A stretch of 60,866 nt of DNA from Acidimicrobiia bacterium (GTDB taxonomy: Bacteria; Actinomycetota; Acidimicrobiia; Spongiisociales; ZC4RG35). The position numbers and the translations under genes are program-made. Where the stretch lies: the NCBI GenBank assembly GCA_048595045.1, contig JBMDXS010000224.1, positions 1 to 60,866 on the forward strand, given 5' to 3'. The first letter of the stretch is position 1. Each line of letters starts with the position of its first letter. Below, piece after piece: positions 47,145 through 56,955 of this stretch. The notes below the pieces were generated by a model. The model searched no databases. It worked only from the letters and a program-made list of their open reading frames with translations, and was not told the origin of the DNA.

Positions 47145-48034
47145 GCAGCGGCCAGAGCCGCGCCGTGTGCCCCCGACCATTTGCCGAGTTGGGACGCCAC
47201 GACATCGATCCGTTCCGCAGGCACCAGGGTGACCCGCTCTCGAATCGTCCTGCGAATCGGATCGAGCACGAGATCGCCGGCGTCGGCGATGCCTCCTCCG
47301 ATCACGATGCGGTCGGGCCCGATGAGCGTCACCACGTTGGCCAACCCGATCCCGAGGGCTTCTGCCACCGCTTCGATGGCGGCGACACTTCCCGCATCCC
47401 CACCCGCGGCTGCCCGATAGACCTCTTCGGCGCTCTCCTTGCCGGCAAGGGCGGTCAGGACATCGGCCCGGGACATGGACTCGACACAGCCTTTGTTCCC
47501 GCATCCGCACAACGGCCCGTCGGGTTCGATGATCTGATGCCCGATCTCGCCGGCGACCCCGAATGCTCCAAGGTGAAGCCGCCCGTCGATCATGATCCCA
47601 CCCCCGATCCCTGTTCCCAACGTGACGCACGCCACGATCCTGAATCCCTTGCCCGCGCCCACGAGGCCTTCGGCCAGTGTGAATGCGCGTGCGTCGTTGA
47701 CCATCGTGACCGGGATGCCGAGGGCGTGTTGGATCGTCGCCCGTAGGGGGAAACCCTCCCAACCACCCGGCAGGTTGGGGAAGAGCTCGATGACGCCGGT
47801 GGCGGAGTGGAACAACCCTGGCACCCCGAGACCGACCTGACCGATTCCACTGTTCTCACCGAGATGAGACCGTGCGGCCCCAATGAGGTTGTCGGCCACG
47901 TGCGCGGGGCCTTCTGTTGCCTCGGTGGGGTACTCCCAGGTACCTGCGGCCCGGAATGTGTCGCAATCCGGCTCGAGCAGGACCACTTTGATGTTGGTCC
48001 CCCCCAGGTCGAGCCCCAGGAGAGGCCCGCTCAT
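47120..48034 (-). CDS. ROK-family sugar kinase (glucokinase-like)
   Basis: LGLDLGGTNIKV ATP motif, GTGIGGG, and zinc motif GHQIIEPDGPLCGCGNKGCVE. No N-terminal HTH. Confidence 0.8.
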   Translation of the reverse strand: MSGPLLGLDLGGTNIKVVLLEPDCDTFRAAGTWEYPTEATEGPAHVADNLIGAARSHLGENSGIGQVGLGVPGLFHSATGVIELFPNLPGGWEGFPLRATIQHALGIPVTMVNDARAFTLAEGLVGAGKGFRIVACVTLGTGIGGGIMIDGRLHLGAFGVAGEIGHQIIEPDGPLCGCGNKGCVESMSRADVLTALAGKESAEEVYRAAAGGDAGSVAAIEAVAEALGIGLANVVTLIGPDRIVIGGGIADAGDLVLDPIRRTIRERVTLVPAERIDVVASQLGKWSGAHGAALAAAQPLTRDR

Positions 48035-48078
48035 TGGTCGGTTCTCCCCGGTTCACATGATGCGTCATTCACCAGGCC

Positions 48079-48088
48079 TGTATATACA
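48079..48088. promoter_or_regulatory. Perfect AT-rich palindrome TGTATATACA in a divergent promoter gap
   Basis: Lies in the 79-bp gap between the ROK kinase (-) and the SIS gene (+). It is the only AT-rich patch there. Confidence 0.3.
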
Positions 48089-48113
48089 TCCCACCAATGC
48101 AGGTGACGGAAAG

Positions 48114-48905
48114 ATGACGGCGGACCCAGGGCCGGGAACGTGGATCGACGAGGCGCGGGCCATCCTCGATCACATCGAAGGCTCGCAGATGGACGCCATC
48201 GAGGAGCTGGCCGGCTGGTGCACCAACGCCATCGAAGGTGCGGGGCTGGTCCATCTGTTCGGCTCGGGTCACTCACGGATCCCGCTCGAGGAGATGTTTC
48301 CACGCTATGGCTCCTTCTCCGGATTTCACCCGATGGCGGAACTATCGATGACCTTCCACACCGAGGTGGTGGGCAGTAACGGCCAGAGGCAGGCCATGTT
48401 CATCGAGCAGGTGGAGGGTCTCGCCGAAGTCATCCTTTCCAACTTCGACTTCGGTCCTGCAGACGTCATGATCGTGTTCAGTGCCAGCGGCCGTTCCGCG
48501 GTGCCGATCGAGATGGCCATGGGGGCAAGACGCCGAGGGTTGAGAGTCGCCGCAGTTACCTCCATCGCCGAATCGATTGCAGCCGACCCGACTCACACGA
48601 GTGGGACACGTCTCTTCGACCATGCTGACCTGGTCATCGACATCGGGACGCCGCCCGGCGACGCCCTGGTCCATGTTCCCGGGCTTCGCACCCCGGTCGG
48701 ACCCGGATCGACGCTGGCCAACGCCGCTGTCGTAAACGAGTTGAAGGTACGGGTCGCCGGCCGTCTCGTAGAGCGTGGGCTCGCACCGGCGGTCTTGACC
48801 AGCCCATCGTTGGTGGGCCCCAGCGAGTCGCATCGTCTCTTCGACCGGGCCTACTCGGACTATGCGGAGCGTTTGGCCCGGGTGTTGCGCAAACCGGCCG
48901 ATTGA
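48114..48905 (+). CDS. SIS (sugar isomerase) domain protein, UPF0309-like
   Basis: LVHLFGSGHSRIPLEEMFPRYGSF and VMIVFSASGRSAVPIEMA. Start at ATG 48114. Confidence 0.7.
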   Translation: MTADPGPGTWIDEARAILDHIEGSQMDAIEELAGWCTNAIEGAGLVHLFGSGHSRIPLEEMFPRYGSFSGFHPMAELSMTFHTEVVGSNGQRQAMFIEQVEGLAEVILSNFDFGPADVMIVFSASGRSAVPIEMAMGARRRGLRVAAVTSIAESIAADPTHTSGTRLFDHADLVIDIGTPPGDALVHVPGLRTPVGPGSTLANAAVVNELKVRVAGRLVERGLAPAVLTSPSLVGPSESHRLFDRAYSDYAERLARVLRKPAD

Positions 48906-48913
48906 ACGCCTGT

Positions 48914-48934
48914 GCATAAGTTCGAGACTTATGC
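48914..48934. promoter_or_regulatory. 21-bp palindrome GCATAAGT-TCGAG-ACTTATGC next to a TTGACA box (candidate ROK-repressor operator)
   Basis: Perfect 8-bp arms at 48914-48921 and 48927-48934. TTGACA at 48937-48942. Located 55 nt upstream of the ROK regulator start. Confidence 0.4.
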
Positions 48935-48988
48935 TCTTGACACGCGCAAAAGTGTCTGGCATGGTGGACAAACTGGAGGCGTCAAGCA

Positions 48989-50182
48989 TTGGTGAGTAAC
49001 ACCGAGAAGACGCAGGTCCCGGAGCCGGATCGTCCCGGCGATCTGCTCAACCTGATCCGCACCGGGAGGGCCCGCACTCGCGGCGAGCTCGGTGAGGTGA
49101 CCGGTCTGGCTCGGTCCACCGTTGCCCAGCGAATCGACGCCCTCATCGAGGCCGGGTTGGTGGTCGAGGTCGGTGGCGCACCGTCGACCGGTGGCCGGCC
49201 CCCCTCACTGCTCGGCTTCAATGCCGAAGCCGGCGTCATCCTGGCTGCGGACCTCGGGGCGACGCATTCCAGGATTGCCGTGTGCAACCTCCTGGCCGAA
49301 TCACTGGTCGAGACGACCGCCGAGATCGACATCAACAGAGGTCCGGATGAGGTACTCGGCTGGCTCGTCGACACGTTCGACCGGCTGCTCGACGAGATCG
49401 GCAGGGCACCGTCCGAGGTGCGTGGCGTCGGAATCGGCGTGCCCGGGCCGGTGGACTACATCCGTGGAATGGCAGTCAACCCGCCGATCATGGCCGGCTG
49501 GCACATGCACCCGATCAAAGACGGCTTCGTACAGCGATACGACGCCCCGGTGCTGGTCGACAACGACGTGAACATCATGGCCCTGGGGGAGTACTGGGTC
49601 ATGGAGCCCAAAGTGGACGACTTCGTCTTCGTCAAGGTCGGCACCGGTATTGGCTCCGGGCTCATCCTTGGTGGTGTCCTCCATCGCGGCGCCAACGGTG
49701 CTGCCGGGGACATCGGCCACGTGCGAGCGACCTCTGAGGATGTGGTGTGCCGATGCGGTAACAACGGCTGTTTGGAGGCCTTGGCCGGGGGGGCCGCCCT
49801 GGCTGCCCGACTGCGGGAGTCGGGCCTCGACGCGATAGGTGGCCGCGATGTGGTCCGACTCGTCGAGAGGGGTAACGAGGCTGCGACGAGGGCGGTGAGA
49901 CATGCCGGCCGTCTCATCGGCCAGGTACTGGCCTCGATGGTCAATCTGCTCAATCCGTCGCTGATCATGGTCGGCGGGGACCTGGCCCGGGCCGAGCAGC
50001 AGCTCCTGGCAGGCATCCGGGAGATCGTTTACCAGCGGTCGACCACTCTGAGCACTACCGACTTGACCATCGCGGTGTCCTCCCTCGGAGACAGGGCCGG
50101 TGTCATCGGCGCCGCTGCCATGGCCATCGACCACATCCTGACCCCCCGTGCCATAGACGAGGCCTTGGCCGGCATCGCTTGA
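48989..50182 (+). CDS. ROK-family transcriptional regulator (NagC/XylR-like)
   Basis: N-terminal wHTH LLNLIRTGRARTRGELGEVTGLARSTVAQRIDALIEAGLV followed by a ROK domain with CRCGNNGCLEA. TTG 48989 or GTG 48992, after GGAGG at 48975. Confidence 0.8.
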   Translation: MVSNTEKTQVPEPDRPGDLLNLIRTGRARTRGELGEVTGLARSTVAQRIDALIEAGLVVEVGGAPSTGGRPPSLLGFNAEAGVILAADLGATHSRIAVCNLLAESLVETTAEIDINRGPDEVLGWLVDTFDRLLDEIGRAPSEVRGVGIGVPGPVDYIRGMAVNPPIMAGWHMHPIKDGFVQRYDAPVLVDNDVNIMALGEYWVMEPKVDDFVFVKVGTGIGSGLILGGVLHRGANGAAGDIGHVRATSEDVVCRCGNNGCLEALAGGAALAARLRESGLDAIGGRDVVRLVERGNEAATRAVRHAGRLIGQVLASMVNLLNPSLIMVGGDLARAEQQLLAGIREIVYQRSTTLSTTDLTIAVSSLGDRAGVIGAAAMAIDHILTPRAIDEALAGIA

Positions 50183-50257
50183 AAGGACTCTTCCCGCCAC
50201 CGCGGGATGATTGGAAAGAGGCCGTGAAGACGGCATAGACAAGGAAGAGGAGGAAGG

Positions 50258-51295
50258 ATGAAGAGAAGGACAGGACTGCGGGCCGCAGCCCTGGTTGGTG
50301 TCTTCGCCCTGATCGCTGCTGCCTGTGGCGGTGGCGATAGCGCCGAGGACGAGACTTACACCATTGGGGTGAGCAACACTCTTGCCGGCAACGGCTGGCG
50401 TGAGCAGATGATCTGTGCGATCAAGGCACAGGCCCTGGCCAGTGGGGTCGTGGACGCGGTGGTTCTCCAGAACGAGAACACCGACACCACGGGCCAGATC
50501 GGCCAGATCGAAGCCCTGATCTCACAGGGCGTCGACGCCATCATCATCAACCCCACTGAGCGGGAAGGTCTCAACTCGGTGATAGAGGAGGCCATCAGCC
50601 AAGGCATCGTGGTGGTAGCGGTGGACCAGGCCGTGACGGCCGAGGGCGCCTTCGTGGCCACAAACGACCAGGTCGCCTATGGCGAGCTGGGTGCCCGCTG
50701 GCTCTTCGATCAGCTCGGAGGTGAGGGCAACGTAGTGGAGATGCGCGGCATCGACGGTGTGCCTGCGGACACCGACCGTCACGCCGGGTTCGAGGCGGCT
50801 CTGGCCGACTATCCGGGCATCACCGTGTCCCAGGAGACGTTCACCGGCTGGGACCCGACCACCGGCGGCCAGCAAGCGCTGGACATCATCAGCGCGGGCG
50901 ACGTGGACGGCATCTGGACCTCGGGCATCGACTACACAGTCGTCGAGGCCTTCCAGAGCGCCGGGGCCGAGTTCGTGCCGATCGTCGGAGCCGACAACAA
51001 CGGCTTCATCGACCAGCTGATCAATGTCGAAGGGCTGACCGGTGCCGCGGTCACCAACCCACCGGCCATCGGTGGTGTGGGAGCCGCGATAGCAATCCAA
51101 GCCCTGACCGGTGAGGAGCCGGACCAGGTGGTGACCCTGACACCGGAGGTCTTCGCCTCCGATGACCAGGCCAGCCTGGAGGAGCTCTTCGACCCTGACC
51201 AGCAGGTCGGTTGGAGCACCTACGTCGAGATCGAGCCCTACACCACCTACGAGGCCTCACAGGTCTCCGACTGTGTCGGACCTGGCGAGGAGTAG
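50258..51295 (+). CDS. Sugar ABC transporter substrate-binding lipoprotein (CUT2 / RbsB-like)
   Basis: Signal/lipobox LIAAACGG. Periplasmic-binding-protein type I pattern ([16 protein letters not shown]..., [13 protein letters not shown]). Confidence 0.85.
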   Translation: MKRRTGLRAAALVGVFALIAAACGGGDSAEDETYTIGVSNTLAGNGWREQMICAIKAQALASGVVDAVVLQNENTDTTGQIGQIEALISQGVDAIIINPTEREGLNSVIEEAISQGIVVVAVDQAVTAEGAFVATNDQVAYGELGARWLFDQLGGEGNVVEMRGIDGVPADTDRHAGFEAALADYPGITVSQETFTGWDPTTGGQQALDIISAGDVDGIWTSGIDYTVVEAFQSAGAEFVPIVGADNNGFIDQLINVEGLTGAAVTNPPAIGGVGAAIAIQALTGEEPDQVVTLTPEVFASDDQASLEELFDPDQQVGWSTYVEIEPYTTYEASQVSDCVGPGEE

Positions 51296-51316
51296 GGGCC
51301 CATCGATTGACAGGGA

Positions 51317-52855
51317 ATGGGGCCGGGCAGCGGGCGCCCGGCCCCGTTTTCAGCGAGTATCCACTCTGTGACGACTGAGCCAGGCGTAAGGCCACTTCTC
51401 TCCACGCGCGCCGTCGCCAAGAGCTTTGGCAACGTGATCGCGCTTCGTTCGGTCGAGCTCGATGTGGCTCCCGGCGAGATCCACGCTTTGCTCGGGGCCA
51501 ACGGGGCCGGCAAGTCCACCCTGGTCAAGATCCTTTCCGGCGTGCATCAGGCCGACGCGGGTGATGTCGAGGTCGAGGGCGAACCGGTCCGCCTCTCCAC
51601 TCCTGCCGCTGCGGTCGAGGCAGGGTTGGCAACGGTGTTCCAGGACCCGGCTCTGATCCCGGACCTCACGGTCGGACAGAACCTGCGGCTGACCGGGATC
51701 GATGAGGGCGAGGTCCGCGAGTGGCTGGAGCGGATGGACGGAGCCAGCCTCGATTTCGATGCCTTGATCAGAGAGCTGCCGCTTCCTCTCCTCCGTCTGC
51801 TCGACCTTGCCCGGGCGCTCGCACTGGAGCCCTCGCTGCTGATGCTGGACGAGATCACCGCCGCGCTTCCCGCCGATCAGGCGGAGCACGTCTTCACAGT
51901 CATGGAGGAATGGAGGAGCCGTGGCAACTCGGTGCTGTTCATCACCCACCGACTGGGCGAGGTGATGCGGATGTGTGATCGCGCAACCGTGCTGAGGGAT
52001 GGCCGAACCGTGGCCTCCGTGGCTCCCCAGGAAGTCGGCGAGTCGGGTCTGGTGGAAGCGATGCTCGGTGAGGTCGTCCATGCCGAAGCCGGCGCGGTGA
52101 GAACGGGTCGTGCCGGTGTGGGCCAGGTCTTGCTCGAGGCCGTCGACATCGGATCCGGGGACAAGGTGAATGGTGTCTCGTTCCGACTCCACGCCGGTGA
52201 GGTACTGGGGCTGGCGGCACTGGAGGGCCAGGGCCAGGACCGGTTGTTCGAGGTCCTGGCCGGTGACAGGCGGCCCGATCGCGGGGAGGTCCTGGTCAAA
52301 GGCGAGTCGCTCCGGGCGAGATCGCCCTACGACGCCGTGGCCCGCGGCGTCGTCCTGGTGCCACCGGATCGACTCCTCGCCCTCCTTCCTCAGCGCCCGG
52401 TCCGTGAAAACCTGGGGCTTCCCCTGTATGACCGGATCAGACGTTGGTTCTCGGTGGCTCGAGACGAAAAAGAGAGGGTGGCTGACGCCATCGACCGGCT
52501 ATCCATCGACACCCGCGCCGCTCGGCAGGCAGGGCGCCTTTCGGGTGGGAACCAGCAGAAGGTCGTCCTGGGTCGTTGGCTCACCGCCGGGTTCCAGGTC
52601 TTGCTCTGTTTCGACCCGACCCGGGGGATCGACGTCAAGACCAAGGCCCAGATCTATGACCTGATCCGCGAGCTGGCAGCCGATGGCGCTGCAGTCCTCC
52701 TCTATACGAGCGAGCTCGCCGAGATCCCTCTGGTCTGTGACCGCGTCCAGGTTCTCTACCGCGGCGCCATCGTCGACGAGCAACCTGCCGAGAGCGCCAC
52801 CGAGGAGTCACTGCTCACCGCGGCACACGGCATCAGGTCGGAGGAGGTGGCATGA
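51317..52855 (+). CDS. Sugar ABC transporter ATP-binding protein (tandem ABC domains, CUT2)
   Basis: Walker A GANGAGKST, Walker B LLMLDEITAAL, second signature LSGGNQQKVVLGRWL. GTG 51368 is an alternative start. Confidence 0.85.
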   Translation: MGPGSGRPAPFSASIHSVTTEPGVRPLLSTRAVAKSFGNVIALRSVELDVAPGEIHALLGANGAGKSTLVKILSGVHQADAGDVEVEGEPVRLSTPAAAVEAGLATVFQDPALIPDLTVGQNLRLTGIDEGEVREWLERMDGASLDFDALIRELPLPLLRLLDLARALALEPSLLMLDEITAALPADQAEHVFTVMEEWRSRGNSVLFITHRLGEVMRMCDRATVLRDGRTVASVAPQEVGESGLVEAMLGEVVHAEAGAVRTGRAGVGQVLLEAVDIGSGDKVNGVSFRLHAGEVLGLAALEGQGQDRLFEVLAGDRRPDRGEVLVKGESLRARSPYDAVARGVVLVPPDRLLALLPQRPVRENLGLPLYDRIRRWFSVARDEKERVADAIDRLSIDTRAARQAGRLSGGNQQKVVLGRWLTAGFQVLLCFDPTRGIDVKTKAQIYDLIRELAADGAAVLLYTSELAEIPLVCDRVQVLYRGAIVDEQPAESATEESLLTAAHGIRSEEVA

Positions 52856-53859
52856 CCGCTGAGACCGCAGGGCGCTCGACGCGGTTCGATTGGTCCACCT
52901 GGCTTCGCCGGCGGGGGTGGACGGCAGGTGTCTGGGTCCTTCTGCTTCTCATGATCGTCTGGTACTCGGCTCTGATCCCCAAGTTCGGCGGCTTTCAGAT
53001 CGCGTCGATCTCCAAGAACAGCCTGCCCCTCGTTTACCTGGCGATCGGGCAGGCGGTCATCGTGATCGCCGGAGGAATCGATCTCTCGGTCGGAGCGATG
53101 TTGATCCTCTCCAACTCGATCGCCGCCCAGCTGATGTTCGAGCAGCCATTCGGAGTCACCCTGGCTATCTCAGTCCTGGTGATCCTGATCGGGGCCGTGA
53201 TCAACGGGGTGGTGGGCTGGATCATCACCGTTTCCCGAGTTCCCGACATCGTGGTGACTCTGGCGACGAGCTTCATCCTCTCCGGCGTTGCCCTTCTGGT
53301 GCTCCCCTCCCCGGGCGGGGGCACCAGCGACGGCTTCAGGGCCATGTTCACCGGCTCCACCACCGGGAGCGGCTCCAATTTCTGGCCCTCCCTGGTCGCC
53401 ATCGCGATCCCGATGGCGCTTGCCGCCTGGTGGATGAAGAACACTCGCACCGGGCTCTCGCTCTACGCGACCGGGTCGAGCCCCACGGCCGCCTACCTGT
53501 CCGGAGTCCGGACCGCCCGCGCCAAGATCGTCTCCTACGCGGTAGGTGGCGGGTTCTCGGCATTGGCCGGCCTGTCCGCCCTGGCCATCACGGGCTCCGG
53601 TGAATCCCGGGCCGCGACAGGGTCCCTCTTCACCCTTCGATCGGTGGCTGCAATCGTGCTGGGCGGTGTTGCCCTCACCGGTGGGATCGGCTCGGTGGTC
53701 GGCGCCGCCGCCGCCGGGATCATTCTCTTCACCCTGTCCCCGATCCTGAGCGCCATGGGCATCGACCCCAACACCGCACAGGTGGTGCAGGGTGTCCTGA
53801 TAGTGGTCGTGATGATGGTGGCCGGGATCATCGAGCTGAGGAGGCAGAGAGCCGGATGA
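52852..53859 (+). CDS. Sugar ABC transporter permease (CUT2, RbsC-like)
   Basis: 4-nt overlap with the ATPase gene. GGIDLSVGAMLILS motif and multiple hydrophobic spans. Confidence 0.85.
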   Translation: MTAETAGRSTRFDWSTWLRRRGWTAGVWVLLLLMIVWYSALIPKFGGFQIASISKNSLPLVYLAIGQAVIVIAGGIDLSVGAMLILSNSIAAQLMFEQPFGVTLAISVLVILIGAVINGVVGWIITVSRVPDIVVTLATSFILSGVALLVLPSPGGGTSDGFRAMFTGSTTGSGSNFWPSLVAIAIPMALAAWWMKNTRTGLSLYATGSSPTAAYLSGVRTARAKIVSYAVGGGFSALAGLSALAITGSGESRAATGSLFTLRSVAAIVLGGVALTGGIGSVVGAAAAGIILFTLSPILSAMGIDPNTAQVVQGVLIVVVMMVAGIIELRRQRAG

Positions 53860-54851
53860 CCATCTCGAATACCCCGATGATCGAGATGGAAGTCCTGCCC
53901 GACTCGAAGTGGCGGACCGCCCTCCGCGATCATCCCCTGCTCGTTCTGGGGATCGTCCTCATCGCCTTGGTGATCGCCACCGCGATCATCGAGCCCCGTT
54001 ATCTCAGCGTCAGTGGCTTGCGCAACACCGTGCTGATCGCTGCCCCATTGGGCATCATGGCTGCCGCGCAGACCATCCTGATGTTGACCGGGGGAATTGA
54101 CCTCTCGGTAGGCATGATCGCCACCGCTGCCGCCTACGTCGCAGGCAACCAGTCTCCCAATGGCGCTGCCATCGCGATCGTCCTCGGGCTTCTGGTGGGG
54201 GTCGTCGCCGGCAGCGTCAACGGGGTAGGAGTCGGCGTGTTCCGGGTCAACCCGTTGATCATGACCCTCGCCATGTCGGCCATCCTGCTCGGGCTGTTCA
54301 CCGCCCTCTCCTTCACCGTGCTCCAAGGGTCGACCACGGTGGCTCAATTCATCAAGACCATCGGTGGGGGGTCCTTTCTCGGCAACCGAATCCCCTACAA
54401 CGCTCTGGTCTGGGCCGCAGTGTCTCTGCTGATCATCTATGGCCTGCGTCGCACCGGCCTGGGTCGTCTCCTCTATGCGGTTGGTGACAATCCGATCGCG
54501 GTTCGGTTGGCGGGGATCCGGATCTGGCAGGTCCAGATCGCCGCCTACGCCATCGCGGGTCTCCTCGCCGCCCTCGCCGGCATCCTGCTCGCGGGTCGGA
54601 CAGGAGCGGTGGACCTCCAACTGGCGGTCAACTTCCTCCTTCCATCGGTGGCGGCGGCGGTCATCGGCGGCACCTCGATCTTCGGTGGGATCGGCTCCTA
54701 TAGCGGGACGATCCTGGGCGCTCTCATCCTCGGAGTGCTGACCACCATGCTCACCTTCCTCGATGCCGGCCAGGCGATCCAGCAGATCGTGTACGGGGGG
54801 ATCGTCCTCGGTCTGGCCTGGCTGTACGCGCGGGTCACCGGAACCTCATAG
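53856..54851 (+). CDS. Sugar ABC transporter permease (CUT2, second subunit)
   Basis: 4-nt overlap with the upstream gene. GGIDLSVGMIATAAAY motif and multiple hydrophobic spans. Confidence 0.85.
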   Translation: MTISNTPMIEMEVLPDSKWRTALRDHPLLVLGIVLIALVIATAIIEPRYLSVSGLRNTVLIAAPLGIMAAAQTILMLTGGIDLSVGMIATAAAYVAGNQSPNGAAIAIVLGLLVGVVAGSVNGVGVGVFRVNPLIMTLAMSAILLGLFTALSFTVLQGSTTVAQFIKTIGGGSFLGNRIPYNALVWAAVSLLIIYGLRRTGLGRLLYAVGDNPIAVRLAGIRIWQVQIAAYAIAGLLAALAGILLAGRTGAVDLQLAVNFLLPSVAAAVIGGTSIFGGIGSYSGTILGALILGVLTTMLTFLDAGQAIQQIVYGGIVLGLAWLYARVTGTS

Positions 54852-54860
54852 GAAGAAGAC

Positions 54861-56015
54861 ATGGCTTACGGCGATATCAAGGCAGGAGTGGTCGGGATCG
54901 GTTTCATCGGCGTCGCCCACGTCGAGGCCCTCCGCCGGCTCGGGGTCGAGGTCCGTGGAGTGGTGGGGTCGAGCCCGGAGCGGGCCAGGGCAAAGGCGGA
55001 AGCCGCCGGGCTCCCCCCTGTGTACGACTCGGTGGAGGAGCTGGCCGAAGACCCCTCGATCGATGTCGTGCACATCACCAGCCCCAACCACGCCCATGCC
55101 GATCAGGTGAGGACCTGTCTCACGGCGGGTAAACACGTCGTCTGCGAGAAGCCCCTCGCCCTCGGGGCAAAGGACACGGCCGATCTGGTAGCCAGGGCAG
55201 AGGAGAGCGGTCTGGTCAATGCGGTGTGCTTCAACAGCCGGTTCTACCCGCTGAACCACCAGGCTATGTCGATGGTCGCGGCGGGTGAGATCGGCGACGT
55301 GCGCCTGATCACCGGTTCCTATCACCAGGACTGGCTCTTGCGGGACACCGACTGGAACTGGCGGCTGCAGCCCGAAGAGGCTGGTGAGTTGAGAGCGGTG
55401 GCCGACATCGGCTCCCATTGGCTCGACCTGACGCGTTTCATCTCGGGAAGGAGAGTCGAGGCGGTGATGGCCGACCTCCACACCCTCGTTCCAATTCGTC
55501 GACACCCGGCCGGGCCCGTGGAGACCTTTGCCGCCGTTGACCCGGATCAGGAACTGGTCGAGGAGGTGATGACCAGCGACGACGCCGCTGGGATCTTGCT
55601 CCGTTACGAGGGAGGGGCGAGGGGCGCAGTGACGATCTCGCAGGTCTCGGCCGGACGTCGCAACTCGCTCGCATATGAGATAGCGGGGAGTGCCTCCGCA
55701 CTGGCCTGGACATCCGAGCGTCCAGACGACCTCTGGATCGGGCACCGCGGTCGCCCCAACGAGCTGCTTCATCGTGACCCCGCGTTGGCCGGTCCGGAAG
55801 CGGCCGCCCTGATCGCCTATCCAGGGGGCCACCTCGAGGGCTTCCCGGACACCTTCCGGGCACTGTTCAGCCGTGTCTACATCGACGTGATGGATGGGGG
55901 CCCGGCGTCGACTCCCGCCTACCCGACGTTCGGCGACGGCCACGACGCGGTCCTGGTGACCGATGCGGTGGCCCGAAGCAACATCGAGCAACGCTGGGTG
56001 ACCGTCCAGCGATGA
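54861..56015 (+). CDS. Gfo/Idh/MocA-family NAD(P)-dependent sugar dehydrogenase
   Basis: KAGVVGIGFIGVAHVEAL Rossmann motif and VVCEKPLA. Confidence 0.85.
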   Translation: MAYGDIKAGVVGIGFIGVAHVEALRRLGVEVRGVVGSSPERARAKAEAAGLPPVYDSVEELAEDPSIDVVHITSPNHAHADQVRTCLTAGKHVVCEKPLALGAKDTADLVARAEESGLVNAVCFNSRFYPLNHQAMSMVAAGEIGDVRLITGSYHQDWLLRDTDWNWRLQPEEAGELRAVADIGSHWLDLTRFISGRRVEAVMADLHTLVPIRRHPAGPVETFAAVDPDQELVEEVMTSDDAAGILLRYEGGARGAVTISQVSAGRRNSLAYEIAGSASALAWTSERPDDLWIGHRGRPNELLHRDPALAGPEAAALIAYPGGHLEGFPDTFRALFSRVYIDVMDGGPASTPAYPTFGDGHDAVLVTDAVARSNIEQRWVTVQR

Positions 56016-56027
56016 GGAGGAGATGAG

Positions 56028-56942
56028 ATGAAACTCGGTCTTCTGACCGCACCTTTCCCCGGCACACCACTCTCCGAGGTCGCCCGGTGGACCGCGGACA
56101 ACGGCTTCACCACTATCGAGATCGCCGCCTGGCCCGCCTCGAGTGGGGACTCCCGCCGGTATGCGGGGACCAGCCACGTCGACGTCGACGACCTCTCGGA
56201 GACCCGGGCCGGCGAGATCGTGGGCGAGATGACCCAACTCGGCCTCGAGATCTCCGGCTTGGGCTACTACCCGAATCCACTCCATCCCGACGCCGAACAT
56301 CAGAGGATGGTGATCGACCATCTGAAGAAGGTGATGGCCGCTGCCTCGAAGATGAGGGTCCCGGTCGTGAACACCTTCATTGGAGCAGACAGCGCGAAGA
56401 GCCAAGACGAGAACTGGGAGTCGGCCACCAGAGTCTGGCCCGAGATCGTCACCTGGGCCGGGGAGCACGGGATCAAGATCGCGATCGAGAACTGCCCGAT
56501 GATCTTCTCCAGAGACGAATGGCCGGCGGGGCACAACCTCGCCTACAACCCAAAGATCTGGCGTCGGATGTTCGAGGAGTTCGGAGAGACGATCGGTCTC
56601 AACTTCGATCCTTCCCACCTGGTGTGGCTGATGATCGATATCGAGCGCGCCATCGACGAGTTCGGGGAGCGGTTCTATCACTTCCAGGCAAAAGACGTGA
56701 TGATCGACCGCAACGGGCTGTATGAGAACGGCAGCCTGTCCTCGGGCATGGGATGGCAGATCCCGCGTCTGCCCGGCCTCGGCGATGTGGACTGGGCAAT
56801 CGTGTTCCGGGCCTTGTATCGGGCCGGTTATGACGGGCCGATCATCATCGAGCACGAGGACCGAGGCTTCGAGGAGACCGATGAGCTCATCAAGCGTGGC
56901 TTCCTCCTCGCCCGTGACGTCCTGAGCCCGTACGTGAAGTGA
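56028..56942 (+). CDS. Xylose-isomerase-like TIM-barrel sugar (phosphate) isomerase/epimerase
   Basis: IAIENCP, HFQAKD, IIEHED metal-ligand-type motifs. 304 aa. Confidence 0.8.
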   Translation: MKLGLLTAPFPGTPLSEVARWTADNGFTTIEIAAWPASSGDSRRYAGTSHVDVDDLSETRAGEIVGEMTQLGLEISGLGYYPNPLHPDAEHQRMVIDHLKKVMAAASKMRVPVVNTFIGADSAKSQDENWESATRVWPEIVTWAGEHGIKIAIENCPMIFSRDEWPAGHNLAYNPKIWRRMFEEFGETIGLNFDPSHLVWLMIDIERAIDEFGERFYHFQAKDVMIDRNGLYENGSLSSGMGWQIPRLPGLGDVDWAIVFRALYRAGYDGPIIIEHEDRGFEETDELIKRGFLLARDVLSPYVK

Positions 56943-56955
56943 CGTCTTCACCAGA

